From the NCBI GenBank assembly GCA_965223545.1, contig OZ245006.1, positions 6,112,001 through 6,176,000 on the forward strand: 64,000 bases of DNA, given 5' to 3'. This DNA is from Planctomycetota bacterium (GTDB lineage Bacteria; Planctomycetota; UBA1135; UBA2386). Of this stretch, positions 47,685-57,957 are shown piece after piece; positions within the stretch are counted from its first letter, which is position 1, and every line of letters begins with the position of its first letter. The notes under the pieces were generated by a model. That model ran no database searches. It was given only the letters and a program-made list of their open reading frames with translations, and had not been told where the DNA came from. The translations under genes were made by a program, and so were the position numbers.

Positions 47685-50246
47685 ATGACCGATCCCACAG
47701 CTGTCGATCCACCCGGCCGGTCGGGTGACGCCGAGACCGCGACCCACGGCACCCTCCTCGAGCGCTACCTCGCCGATGCAATCGCCCGGCTCGAGGCCGG
47801 CGAGACGGTGGACGTGGCCGATCTGTGCGCGGCGCATCCTCACCTCGAGCAGCCGGTGCGCGATGCGCTGTCGATCTCGGCGCTGATCCCCGACCTGCAG
47901 CACGGCGCGCACGCGCGCGACCCGCTGGCGGGCGAACAGCTGGGCCAGCGGTATCGGCTGGAGCAGCGCATCGGCGCGGGCGCCATGGGCGCCGTGTACC
48001 GCGCCCGCGACCTGGAGCTTGGGCGTGACGTCGCGGTCAAGATTCTGCAGGCCGGCCTGTTTCGGCGCGGCGGCTTGGACGAACGCTTCGCGCGCGAGGC
48101 CGAGGTGTTGGCCACGCTCGACCACCCGGGCGTGGTGACGGTCTTCGATCGGGGTGCCAGTGTCGACGGTGTGCCCTTCTTGGTGATGCGGTTGTTGACC
48201 GGCTGCTCGATGGCGGCGGTGGCGACCGAAGCCGACGAGCTGGGAATGCACAAGGCGTTTGCCGGCGTCGGCTGGCTGGTCCGGGTGTTGGGCCGGACCC
48301 AATCGCCCGAGCAGTCCTTCTTGCGCCTGGTCGCGCGCTGGGGGGCGCAGCTGGCGAGCGCGCTCGACGCGGTGCACGACGCCGGCATCTTCCACCGCGA
48401 CGTCAAGCCCTCGAACGTGTTCATCACGACGGAGTTCGACGCGGTGGTCCTCGACTTCGGGATCGCCGCCTGGGCGGGCGGCGATGCGTCGCTGACCGCC
48501 ACCGGAACGACGCTGGGCACGCCGTGGTACATGGCGCCCGAGCAGGCGGCGGGCAAGGTCGAGCCGTCCGCACAGCAGGACGTCTACTCGCTCGGCGCGA
48601 CGTTGTACCACTTGCTCGGCGGCCGGCCGCCGTTCGATGGTGACCCCGGCCGCGTGCTGGTGCGGGTGCAGACCGAGGATCCGCAGCCGCTCGGAGCCCT
48701 GCACCCGGGCTTGCCGCGGGACTTGCTCGCGATCGTCGAGAGCTGCATGGATCGCGACCTGCGCCGGCGCTACGCGACGATGGCAGCCGTCGAGCGCGAC
48801 CTGAACGCGTTCCTCGAGCACCGGCCGGTGAGCGTCCGGCCGCAGTCGGCATTGCGCCGGTGGGCGCGCCGCGTCCGCCGCGCGCCGGCTCCGTTGTTGG
48901 CGACAGCGGTGGTCGTGCTGCTGCTGGTGTTGGCCGGGATCGCCGGGGTTTGGTGGCGGGATCGGGTGCGCGTCGAGGTCGAACGGCTGCGTGCGCTACT
49001 GCCCGCCCAGGCGGCGATCGAGGGCAAGCCGGGGGAGCGGCTATTGATGCCGCCGGCGATGTACGGCGAAGCGATGGCGGTCATGGACCGCATTCTGGAG
49101 TTGGATCCCGGCGAGCTGCCGACCCGCTTGCTGCGTGCGGCGCTGCGGCTGGACAACGGTGACCACGCGGGTGCCGCTGCCGACCTCGACCAGCTCTCCG
49201 CGCGCGCCGACTCGCCCTATCTGCGCGCGGTCGCTGCGCGCTACGCCGAGGCCGACGACAGCCGTCGCGGCTGCGAGGCAGTACTGCTGGACGACCTGCC
49301 GGAGCCGGTCGGCGCGACCGATCTGTACGTCGCCGGCTTTCACGCCCTGCGCAGCCGCGAGCCGCAGGGGATGGTCGAGGCGGACGCCTTCCTGGCCGCG
49401 GCGGCGGCGGAGTACGCGCCGGCGCGCGACTTGCGGCTGCTGACCCGCCTTGCCGCTTGCCAGCAGGCGCCGCCGGGCGACCGGCCGTCGATGGCGTACG
49501 AGATCATCGAAGAGGCGAGTGCGCTCGAGCAGCTCTACGGCCGGCCGACGTCGCGCACGCTGCATGGGCGCAGCGTCGCGCGGTTGGTGCTCGGCGATTA
49601 TGACGCCGCGATCGAGCCCTTGGAGCAGTGCATCGCGCTGCGACCGCGCCGGCACGGCCCGCTGCAGAACCTGGGCTGGCTGTACTATCGTCTCGGGGCG
49701 ATCGACAAGGCCGACCACTACCTCGCCGCCGCGCGTGCCGTGTGGCCGACGGCCGCCAACACGCTGCAGACGTTGGCGTGGGTGCGGAGTGCACAGGGGC
49801 GCTACGACGAAGCGCGTGCCCTGCTGGACGAGATCCCCAGCGCGGCGGGCCCGCAGTGGGAGGTGCTGCGGCCGTACCGCAAGGCGCAGGTTTGCGTGCA
49901 CGAGGCGCTGGCAGCCTACGGCGACGAGGAGCGCGAGGCCGCGATCGAGTGCGCGCGCGCGTCCGTGGGCTGGTACGACTCCGCGTTGGAGGCGGCTGCG
50001 GGATCGGAGGCGTGGCGCGCGCGGCTCGGCCGCCAGCGCCGGTTCGCGCAAGCGCTGGAGCGCGGCGATGGCGCCGCGGCCCTGGAGCTGTTCGTCAGCG
50101 ACCCGGCCAACCGCTTGGAGACCGACGTCGACTTCGGCAACCTCGGCACGCTGCTCGAGGGCGCGGGGATGGGCGAGGTCGGCGCCGGGCTGGCGCGGTT
50201 GGTCCACGGAGTCTGGCAGCGGCGGACTGCCAGTGCCGGCCGCTGA
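47685..50246 (+). CDS. Ser/Thr protein kinase with TM helix and TPR repeats
   Basis: IGAGAMGAVY, VAVK, HRDVKPSN, DFG, GTPWYMAPEQ; TM segment; helical repeats. Confidence 0.9.
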   Translation: MTDPTAVDPPGRSGDAETATHGTLLERYLADAIARLEAGETVDVADLCAAHPHLEQPVRDALSISALIPDLQHGAHARDPLAGEQLGQRYRLEQRIGAGAMGAVYRARDLELGRDVAVKILQAGLFRRGGLDERFAREAEVLATLDHPGVVTVFDRGASVDGVPFLVMRLLTGCSMAAVATEADELGMHKAFAGVGWLVRVLGRTQSPEQSFLRLVARWGAQLASALDAVHDAGIFHRDVKPSNVFITTEFDAVVLDFGIAAWAGGDASLTATGTTLGTPWYMAPEQAAGKVEPSAQQDVYSLGATLYHLLGGRPPFDGDPGRVLVRVQTEDPQPLGALHPGLPRDLLAIVESCMDRDLRRRYATMAAVERDLNAFLEHRPVSVRPQSALRRWARRVRRAPAPLLATAVVVLLLVLAGIAGVWWRDRVRVEVERLRALLPAQAAIEGKPGERLLMPPAMYGEAMAVMDRILELDPGELPTRLLRAALRLDNGDHAGAAADLDQLSARADSPYLRAVAARYAEADDSRRGCEAVLLDDLPEPVGATDLYVAGFHALRSREPQGMVEADAFLAAAAAEYAPARDLRLLTRLAACQQAPPGDRPSMAYEIIEEASALEQLYGRPTSRTLHGRSVARLVLGDYDAAIEPLEQCIALRPRRHGPLQNLGWLYYRLGAIDKADHYLAAARAVWPTAANTLQTLAWVRSAQGRYDEARALLDEIPSAAGPQWEVLRPYRKAQVCVHEALAAYGDEEREAAIECARASVGWYDSALEAAAGSEAWRARLGRQRRFAQALERGDGAAALELFVSDPANRLETDVDFGNLGTLLEGAGMGEVGAGLARLVHGVWQRRTASAGR

Positions 50247-50385
50247 CCCGAGCCTCCGTGGAAATTCCTAGTCACAGGTTCGGAGTGGTCCCCTCGGCGT
50301 TTCCCGTATGCTGGGTGTTCTTCCCGCAGAAAATGTCCAGTTTGCCCCTCCGCTCGCGCCGTCGCGTTGCGCCGAACCCGGTGCA

Positions 50386-51087
50386 ATGGCAAGTGCTCCG
50401 ACCCAGCCCCTCCCGACCCGCGTCGACGTGAACGGCGATTTCAACGCGTTGGTCGAGGGCGCCGTCGGCGGCGACGAACGGGCGCGGGACGCACTGATCG
50501 CGCGGTTCTATCCCCGCGTGCGGCAGCTGGTGCACCGCGAGCTGCAGCGCAGCTTCCGCCAGCGCCACCGCTGGATCCTGCCGTTGTTCTCGACCGGCGA
50601 CGTGGTGCACGAGGTGTTCTGCCAGGTCATTCAGGAGCTCGAGCGGTTCGAGGGGGGCGATGAGGACACCTTCGTGCGCTACCTGTCCTCGATCGTCACC
50701 CACCGTCTCGTCGACGCGGTGCGCTACCACCAGGCGCAGCGCCGCGACGGTCGCCGGCAAGTGCAGGTCGGCACGACGTCCTACGAGGGAGCCTCGGTCG
50801 CGCCCGAGCCGACTCCATCGCGGGCGGCGGCGGTGCAAGAGCACCTGTCGTTGTTCCGCGAGGCGATCGCCACGTTTTCCTCCCGGCGTGCTCTATTGCT
50901 CGAGATGCGGCTGATCGACGGCGACTCGTTCGCCCGCATCGCCGCCAAGCTCGGCTTTCCGACCGCCGACGCGGCGCGCAAGGCGTTCCACCTCGCGCGC
51001 GCGCGGCTGGCGCTCGAACTACAGCGCCGCGGCCTGCGGCCGCAGGCGCTGAACACGGACATCGATACGCATTCCCACCCGGACTGA
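50386..51087 (+). CDS. ECF-family RNA polymerase sigma factor
   Basis: GDVVHEVF, FVRYLSSIVTHRLVD..R..QAQRRD, region 4 FARIAAKLGFPTADAARKAFHLARARL. Confidence 0.85.
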   Translation: MASAPTQPLPTRVDVNGDFNALVEGAVGGDERARDALIARFYPRVRQLVHRELQRSFRQRHRWILPLFSTGDVVHEVFCQVIQELERFEGGDEDTFVRYLSSIVTHRLVDAVRYHQAQRRDGRRQVQVGTTSYEGASVAPEPTPSRAAAVQEHLSLFREAIATFSSRRALLLEMRLIDGDSFARIAAKLGFPTADAARKAFHLARARLALELQRRGLRPQALNTDIDTHSHPD

Positions 51088-51139
51088 TTTCTTCCAGGCC
51101 ACTCACACCTTGGGTGTCAACAACAGCCAACTGACCTCG

Positions 51140-52642
51140 ATGACTCATCTCAGGACGTTCCTTCCCGTCGCCCTCGCGGTCTTGACCCATGCTCCCTCGG
51201 TCCTCGCGCAAGAGCGCGAGTCCCTCGGACCGTTCCGCGGCATGCCGCACGGCCTGTCGGTCGTGCGCAACACGATGCAGCAGGATCCGCTGCGTGATGG
51301 CGTCGTGTACCACAGGGGATCCGGAAACCCGATCAATGATCCGCCGCCGCCGACCTCACCGAGCTGTAATGGCGGTCCCGACTTCAGCCTGTTGCAGACG
51401 CAGGGTCTCATCAGACCTGGCGTGAGGATTGATGCGCTGTCGATAGGTTTCGACAACATCGCGGCAAACACGATCGGCGAGTACGAGCCCCCGTCGTCGC
51501 CGGGCTGGGCCGCTCTCACGTTCACGGTGAATCCGGGCGCGCTCGGACCCGGGGGAGACCACCCGATTTCGTTGGAGTACTCGGCGAACGATGGCGTGGG
51601 GGGCGATCTCTTCAGCTATCAGTTTCCGAACACCATCCTAGCAGGCGGTGTTGCCGACACCGTCTTCAGGGCACAGGACAGTACCGAGATGGGTGTGTTC
51701 GAGACCAGTCCGCTGTTGGGACGGAACATGGACGCCCACGATGCGTTCTCGGGCATGTGCGTGACTGGGACGTTTGAACCGCTGCCCGAGGAAGTGACGT
51801 TGTATTTCTCCGTCGACCACGACTGGGTGCTCCAGGGTGGCACGGCGGTCGACCACTTCTTCAACTCGAATTCGCTCCCGCCCCATTCGCGCGATGGCCG
51901 CACGATCTTCGCCACGACGTGGCGCAACGGCGGTTGGGAGGAGGTGGACGTATGGTTGGACCCCGACCACCTCGGGATTGAAGTCGGCAAGGACCTCGAT
52001 GCGCTGGCCTACGATGCCTCCGCCGCGATGTTGCTCTTCTCCGACGATGACGACGAGACTGATCCGATCCTGTTCTTCCACCTCTCCTCGGGAACGCAGC
52101 AAGTGTACAGGTTGCCCGGCGCTCAGGGAGAAGCCGTGTCTGCGAAGATCGGTCTCAGCCTGGCGGCACACGACGACATCGAGGGCTTGTGCGCGCTCGA
52201 TCCCGGCTCGCGCTTCCAGTCTCCGCCACCGTTGGACGTGGGCGGCAAGTACGGTCCCGGGCTGTCTCAGATCCACTGGGTCGAAATCGACGCTCTCTTG
52301 GCAACGCCGCTCCCCAACGGCTACGGGCCTTACTCCAGCGAACTCCTGATCAACGCCACTGCCGGCACCGAGAACGGTAGTCCGGTTGTCTTCATGAACG
52401 CGGCGACGCACTCCTTGGTGTCGTACCCCAACCAGGCGTACACCATGACGTTCGTCGTCACGGTGCCTGGTGCGGGGACGGTGACGACGTACTCCGTGCC
52501 GCACGTCGGCCGCGACGCGGTGCAGGCCTCGATGCCGGTTCCGGCGCAGCTCGCCAACGTGTCGTTCGACATCTACGCGATCAAGTCGGACCGCCGCGGC
52601 AACCGGGTCTCGACGTCGCACATGCTGCGCATGCGCATGTGA
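51140..52642 (+). CDS. Secreted protein with acidic xDAL repeats
   Basis: Signal peptide (VLA-Q); repeated IDALS / MDAHD / DLDALA / DIEGL motifs suggest a beta-propeller-like fold. Confidence 0.7.
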   Translation: MTHLRTFLPVALAVLTHAPSVLAQERESLGPFRGMPHGLSVVRNTMQQDPLRDGVVYHRGSGNPINDPPPPTSPSCNGGPDFSLLQTQGLIRPGVRIDALSIGFDNIAANTIGEYEPPSSPGWAALTFTVNPGALGPGGDHPISLEYSANDGVGGDLFSYQFPNTILAGGVADTVFRAQDSTEMGVFETSPLLGRNMDAHDAFSGMCVTGTFEPLPEEVTLYFSVDHDWVLQGGTAVDHFFNSNSLPPHSRDGRTIFATTWRNGGWEEVDVWLDPDHLGIEVGKDLDALAYDASAAMLLFSDDDDETDPILFFHLSSGTQQVYRLPGAQGEAVSAKIGLSLAAHDDIEGLCALDPGSRFQSPPPLDVGGKYGPGLSQIHWVEIDALLATPLPNGYGPYSSELLINATAGTENGSPVVFMNAATHSLVSYPNQAYTMTFVVTVPGAGTVTTYSVPHVGRDAVQASMPVPAQLANVSFDIYAIKSDRRGNRVSTSHMLRMRM

Positions 52643-52660
52643 CCGCGGACGGATCGCCGC

Positions 52661-53260
52661 TCACAAGCCGACCAGCATCAACAGCCCGCACAGGGCGATC
52701 GCGCCGCCGGCCACCTGGCCGGCCGGCAGCGGGGAGCGCAGCCGCGCGGTGGCGGCCAGTGTGCCCGCCACCGCGAGCACCATCGTGCCCACCGTCGCGG
52801 CGGTGAACACCGCGCACACCGCGAGCGCGCCGCCTGCGCCGTGCGTCGCGGCCGCCGTGCCGATCGCGGGGATCAGCCACTCACACGGACCGACGGCGAA
52901 CGCCACGGCGATCCACCGCCGCGCACCCGCCGAACGCCGTCGCCGCACCGCGCCGACGACCATCGCGACCCCGACACCGACGAGCAGGACGGCCGCGACC
53001 TGCGTGCCGTGGTCGCGAAACAGCTCCAGCACGCCCGCCCACTGCGCCGCATACCACCCCGCGAACGCCAACCCCGCGCTGGTGGCGCAGTGCAACATGC
53101 CCAGCGCCACGGTCCACGCCACCGTGCGGCCGCGGCTCAGCTGCCGATGCCGCGCCAGCGCGGCGATCGGCACGTAGTGATCCGGCCCCGCCAGCGTGTG
53201 CCACACGCCGACCGAAGCCCCAGCCGCCACCAGAGCACCCAAAGTCGCAGGATCCTGCAT
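52661..53260 (-). CDS. Membrane protein, Ni/Co transporter (UreH/RcnA-like) family
   Basis: HTLAGPDHY, GMLH and VGPCE motifs; about six TM segments. Confidence 0.65.
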   Translation of the reverse strand: MQDPATLGALVAAGASVGVWHTLAGPDHYVPIAALARHRQLSRGRTVAWTVALGMLHCATSAGLAFAGWYAAQWAGVLELFRDHGTQVAAVLLVGVGVAMVVGAVRRRRSAGARRWIAVAFAVGPCEWLIPAIGTAAATHGAGGALAVCAVFTAATVGTMVLAVAGTLAATARLRSPLPAGQVAGGAIALCGLLMLVGL

Positions 53261-53277
53261 CCCACGACAGTACGGAG

Positions 53278-53844
53278 TCAGGCTCGATTTTCTCGCTTCG
53301 CGTCCCGCCGCCGCCAGTGCAGCACGCCGAGGTAGTCGGGGTGGTCCCAGGGACCCACGTGCGCGGCGCAGCGCGAGGCCAGGACCCGGGCGATCTGCGC
53401 GAGATGGTTCTGGTCATGGGCGACCCACGCGGCGATGAGGTGGCCGATGGTCACCCGTCCGAGCGTCGGGTGCAGCCCTTCGCGGGCCAGGGCGGTGCTC
53501 CCCAGGTCGAGCGCGCGCAGCGCCTGCAGGTTCTGCCAGCGCAGGTCGGCGAACTCGTCGAGCAGCTCGTCCAGTGCGACCGGGAGCAGGGGCCGATGGC
53601 CGCTGCGATCGAACGGCGTGAACGCGACGTCAGTGCCGTGCTGCAGAACGTGGCGAATGCGCGGCATCCAGTCGACGCGTTCGTTGTAGACGCAGTGGCA
53701 GACGACTTCGCGCGGGGACCAGGTCTCCGGTGCTTCGCGGTGATCGAGCCAGTCTTCACCGATGCCGGCCAACCAACTGCGCATCGTGCTGGGGCCGCGA
53801 TCCAGCAGCGCGAACGCGGCGGACAGGGGCAGCGTCTCGGCCAT
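53278..53844 (-). CDS. DinB/YfiT-like protein
   Basis: WSPREVVCH, DWMPR, HPTLGRVT, WVAHDQNHLAQ. Confidence 0.85.
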   Translation of the reverse strand: MAETLPLSAAFALLDRGPSTMRSWLAGIGEDWLDHREAPETWSPREVVCHCVYNERVDWMPRIRHVLQHGTDVAFTPFDRSGHRPLLPVALDELLDEFADLRWQNLQALRALDLGSTALAREGLHPTLGRVTIGHLIAAWVAHDQNHLAQIARVLASRCAAHVGPWDHPDYLGVLHWRRRDAKRENRA

Positions 53845-53855
53845 CGCGCGTCAGT

Positions 53856-56615
53856 CTACTGCGCGGCCGTGGCCGCTGAGTCGGGCGTTCGTTCCGCTGT
53901 TCGATATTCGAATACGTAGCTCCCAGCGCCGAGGCGGAGCGACAAGCCGCGCGCGGTGTCGCGCATTGCGCGGAGTCCGGCGCCGTGCACGAGGGGCGCC
54001 CCCGATTCCACCGTGTCGGCCCGCGCTGCCGCCGGCAGCATCACCACGGCCTCGGCGTTGGCCGGCACGTCCACCTCGACGCGCACGCGCGCCCCACTGA
54101 CCGACCAGCGGCAGCGGACCGTGCCCAGTGCGGTCTCCAGTGAGCCCTCGGCCCAACCGATCGATGCGAGGATCGTCGGTTGCACCAACACTTGGCCCGA
54201 GCCCGGCGCCCCCGGCCGGATGCCGGCGAGGCCCTCGATGAACCAGGCGCCGATCGACAAGAACGAGCTGTGCAGCCGCGAATGCACACCGTCCCACTGT
54301 TCCCAGATGGTGGTCGCACCCTGCGCGAGCATGTAGCCCCAGCCGGGGTAGTCGGTCTGCGTCGCGATCCGGTGGATCAAGTCGTTCCGATCGGCGGCCA
54401 TCAGCGCGCGGATCAACATCCAGGTGCCGTGGATCCCCGTGTCGAGGTGGCCGTGGTGCTCGACGGTGATGGCGCGTTCGAGCCGGCGTACCAGCTCCGG
54501 CCGCAGCGGCGGGGGAGCGACCTCCGCGAGCAGCGCGAGTGCCCAGGTCGTCTGTCGGCCGCTGGCGTAGGCACCGCGGTCTGTGTCGAAGAACCGCTCG
54601 TGCACCGCGGCGCGCACTTCCTCGGCCCGGCGTCGCCACTGCCGCGCGTCCTCGGTGCGGTCCAGCGCGGCGGCCACCGCGGCTACCGTGCGCAGGTTCC
54701 ACAGCCGGTAGGCGTTGTTGAAGAACTTGGTGTCCTCGTCGTCGGTGCCGCCGCCCTGCTGCGCCCCCGGCGGCACCCAATCGCCGAGGAACGACCACTT
54801 GGCCGCGGTGTATCGCTCGTCGTGGTACTTGTGCAGGATGTCGTCGACGCATTGCCGGTCGAGGAAGGCCAGCCACCGGCGCATCGTCGGATACGTATCG
54901 GCCAGCACCTGCAGGTCGCCGGTGCGGCGGTACAGCTCCCAGGGCAACATCACGCAGATGCCGCTCCACGCCGGGCCGCCGCCACCGTCGTAGGTCGGGC
55001 AGGTGTGCGGCAGGTTGCCGGTCTCGTCCTGGATGGCGCGCCAGTCGTCGATCCACTTGCGATAGAACGCGCGCAGATCGTAGTGCGTCAGCGCGGTGTC
55101 CATCGTCGCGTGCGCGTCACCGCCGTAGCCCCACCGCTCGCGGTGCGCGCAGTCGACCACGTAGCCACCGAGGGTCAGACTCTCGAAGGTGTCGAGCACG
55201 ACGCGATGCAGCCGCTCCAGCGCTGCGTCGCCACACGCGAAGTGTCCCGTGCGCCGGTACGCATTGCGCACCAGCATGCCGTGAACCTCGTCGGGAAGCG
55301 GGGGCCGACTGGCACCCACGATCGTCAACCAGCGACCGCAGGCGTAGTTGAATCTGTGCCGAAACGTGCCTTTGCCGTCGGCGTCGAGCACGAGCTCGCT
55401 GCGCTGGCCGTAGGTCTCGCGTTGGTCCTCGCGCTCGGAGGTGTGCAGCGAAACCGTTGCGTTGGGATCACCGTGCAGCGTGACCGTATGCCAGCCGGTG
55501 AACCCCCGGCCGAAGTCGACCCGCACGGCCCCGTCGGCGAGCTGCTCGATGCGCGCCGGCTCGATGCGCTCGACGCACCGGTTGGGTTCGAGCGCGTCGC
55601 TCACCAGCTCGAGGTCCACCGAGTACACCGAGGCTGGCCCCCAGCCCGCCGCCGGGGACTCCGTCGTGCACCACTCGGGCTGCGCGGCGCCGGCGTCGAC
55701 CCGCTCGCCGCCATAGCTGCCGAAACGCCAGGGGCCTGCGTGCGCGGTGTTGCTCGGGCGCACCCTCCACTGCGCGTCGGTCGTGACTCGCCGCCAGCGG
55801 CCCCGCGCGTCCTCGATATCGATCTCGGCGCGAACCAGTGGCGCGGCCGGCACCGCGAAGCGCTCGTGCGCCGCCCACCCGGCCGAGAGCCAAAGCCCGA
55901 TCGTATTGTGCCCTGGCACCAGCGAGCGGGTCAGGTCGTGGCTGGTGACGCGCGCGCGCTCGCCGAGGTCCGAGACGCTGGGGGTGAGCACCGCGTCGCC
56001 CACCTTCGCGCCATTGCAGTGCAGCTCGTGGTAACCGATCGACGCGACATGAGCGATCGCGCGGCGCACGGGGGCATCGAGGAAGACGTGACGACGCAGC
56101 CACGTCGCCGGTCTCGCGGGCGCCGCCGTTGGGGAGGCGGCGTCGCGGTCGCCGATCCACTGCGCCGTCCATCCTGTGTCGCAGATCCCCGTGCTCCAGG
56201 ACGCGATCGCGCTCCAGGGGGTGGGCCGCCCCGCGTGGTCCCAGCCCCGCACCTTCCAGTAGTAATCGGTGCGTTCGTCCAGCGCGGCGCCGCAGCGGAC
56301 GCGGCACTGGTCGGTGGCAACCACACCGCTGTCCCAGACGTCCCCCTGCTCGGCCCGCAGCAGCGACGGCGTGCTGGCGACCAACACGCGGAACGCGGTT
56401 TGCGCCGCCCCGCGCGAGGTGACGGGCGCCGCCCACCGCCAGCTGAGCACGGGGGTGCTCGCGGTGACGCCGAGTGGGGCGACGAGATCCTGGCAGCGCA
56501 GCGCCTCGGCGCGCATCGCAGACTCGCGCGCGGAGTGGGGGTACGCGCAGGCGGCTGCCCAGAGCAGGGTGCCCGTGGTCCAGCGCCAACGCCGTCGACT
56601 CGCCGGCTCGCTCAT
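53856..56615 (-). CDS. Alpha-L-rhamnosidase (GH78)
   Basis: PVLSW, WDSG, YYWKVR, DCAHRERWGYGGD, LGDW, PGWGYM..GATTIWEQW, SRLH. Confidence 0.9.
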   Translation of the reverse strand: MSEPASRRRWRWTTGTLLWAAACAYPHSARESAMRAEALRCQDLVAPLGVTASTPVLSWRWAAPVTSRGAAQTAFRVLVASTPSLLRAEQGDVWDSGVVATDQCRVRCGAALDERTDYYWKVRGWDHAGRPTPWSAIASWSTGICDTGWTAQWIGDRDAASPTAAPARPATWLRRHVFLDAPVRRAIAHVASIGYHELHCNGAKVGDAVLTPSVSDLGERARVTSHDLTRSLVPGHNTIGLWLSAGWAAHERFAVPAAPLVRAEIDIEDARGRWRRVTTDAQWRVRPSNTAHAGPWRFGSYGGERVDAGAAQPEWCTTESPAAGWGPASVYSVDLELVSDALEPNRCVERIEPARIEQLADGAVRVDFGRGFTGWHTVTLHGDPNATVSLHTSEREDQRETYGQRSELVLDADGKGTFRHRFNYACGRWLTIVGASRPPLPDEVHGMLVRNAYRRTGHFACGDAALERLHRVVLDTFESLTLGGYVVDCAHRERWGYGGDAHATMDTALTHYDLRAFYRKWIDDWRAIQDETGNLPHTCPTYDGGGGPAWSGICVMLPWELYRRTGDLQVLADTYPTMRRWLAFLDRQCVDDILHKYHDERYTAAKWSFLGDWVPPGAQQGGGTDDEDTKFFNNAYRLWNLRTVAAVAAALDRTEDARQWRRRAEEVRAAVHERFFDTDRGAYASGRQTTWALALLAEVAPPPLRPELVRRLERAITVEHHGHLDTGIHGTWMLIRALMAADRNDLIHRIATQTDYPGWGYMLAQGATTIWEQWDGVHSRLHSSFLSIGAWFIEGLAGIRPGAPGSGQVLVQPTILASIGWAEGSLETALGTVRCRWSVSGARVRVEVDVPANAEAVVMLPAAARADTVESGAPLVHGAGLRAMRDTARGLSLRLGAGSYVFEYRTAERTPDSAATAAQ

Positions 56616-57557
56616 TCAGCTGCGCGGTCGTTGCGCGCCGGGCAGGGCGCGGCGCCATGCCCGCGCCAGACTGTCGATGATCAGCCGCGGGCCACAGTCG
56701 GCCAACGCGACCGTCCAGCGCCAGAAGCCGCGGGGCATCTTGCGCCAGTACGGATGGAAGACGCGCGCGCCAGTGCGGCGCATGGTGTTGAAGAAGATCG
56801 CGGGTGCCCAGATCTCGCGCGGTCGGGCGCGCAGCGTGCTCCAAATGCTGTACGGGTCCGTGCCCCACCAGGCCTTGAACGGGTGGTCGAGACAGAACGG
56901 GATGCCGAACGCGGCGGCGTAGATCGGCAGCCGGTACTCGAGGAAGCCCATGGTCGGCGCATCGACTTGCGCGAAGCGCGCCAAGAACTGTCGCGGCAGG
57001 CCGAGCACGATGGCGACGCAGCACATGGGTTCGCCGTCGAAGCCGTAGCGCTCGCGCACGTGCGCGAGGAAGTCGAGGTACCGGTTGCGGTCCTCGGGCA
57101 GGTCCGGCGTCACCCAGACCCAGCGGTCCTCGACTTCGCGCACCGGTCGGAGACCGGAGAACAGCGCTTGCCCCGGCTGCAGGCAGGAGAACACCTCGTC
57201 CACCGGGCCGTAGATCAGCATGTCCCATTGCGCGATGACGACCGTGTCGAACTCGAGGTGAACGCCGCGGTTGCGGTACCACGAGGCGATCAGGAGATCG
57301 CCCCACATGTACTTCCAGTAGACGCCGTCGCGGAACTTGTCGGGGAAGCTCGGCGGAATCGGCGGCGGCGGCTCGTCGAACGCGTAGAAGTCGTCCACCC
57401 ACGGCCGGAGCCGCTGCTCGAACTGTTCGGCTTCGGCGAGCTCGCCGCCGAACAGGACGTAGATCGGCGTCTTGGGGTTGTCGGCGCGCAGGTGCTCGAC
57501 GCGGTCCGCGCACAGCTCGAGCTCCTTGTAGCACCAGAACAGGATGGCGAGCTGCAT
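56616..57557 (-). CDS. Hypothetical protein, possibly GT-A glycosyltransferase-like
   Basis: ATG at 57557 (MQLAILFWCYKE); aromatic-rich; QWDML, EYRLP and FHP motifs. Confidence 0.6.
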   Translation of the reverse strand: MQLAILFWCYKELELCADRVEHLRADNPKTPIYVLFGGELAEAEQFEQRLRPWVDDFYAFDEPPPPIPPSFPDKFRDGVYWKYMWGDLLIASWYRNRGVHLEFDTVVIAQWDMLIYGPVDEVFSCLQPGQALFSGLRPVREVEDRWVWVTPDLPEDRNRYLDFLAHVRERYGFDGEPMCCVAIVLGLPRQFLARFAQVDAPTMGFLEYRLPIYAAAFGIPFCLDHPFKAWWGTDPYSIWSTLRARPREIWAPAIFFNTMRRTGARVFHPYWRKMPRGFWRWTVALADCGPRLIIDSLARAWRRALPGAQRPRS

Positions 57558-57708
57558 CGTTGCGTCAGACACGGGCGGGGCGCGGCAGGATAGCTCCAGC
57601 GCGGCGTTGGAACAGTGACCGCGCCGGAACCATCCTCCGCGGGCCGAACCACGCGTGGTCGACCCAAGGGGTGTTGTCGGCATCGGCGGCCGAGGAGATG
57701 ATGGCGGG

Positions 57709-57957
57709 ATGGCGCTCGCCGTACGTGCTCTGCTCGGGCTGGTGCTGGTGGTGTTGCTGTACCGCCTGGCCCGTGGCGTCCTCGGCGGCCGTCGCGGCCA
57801 GTTCGGCGGGCGGCGGACCGGCTTCCCGTGCGGCACGTGCACGAACTGCGGCAACGTCTTCCCCGACGGGGTGATCTGCCGGTTCGGCGGGCGCGAGACC
57901 TTCAAGAACGAGGTTCACATCGCCAATTGCGCCGATTACCGGCGGCGCACGGGCTGA
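57709..57957 (+). CDS. Small membrane-anchored Cys-rich protein
   Basis: TM helix followed by CGTCTNC..ICR..NCADY. Confidence 0.6.
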   Translation: MALAVRALLGLVLVVLLYRLARGVLGGRRGQFGGRRTGFPCGTCTNCGNVFPDGVICRFGGRETFKNEVHIANCADYRRRTG

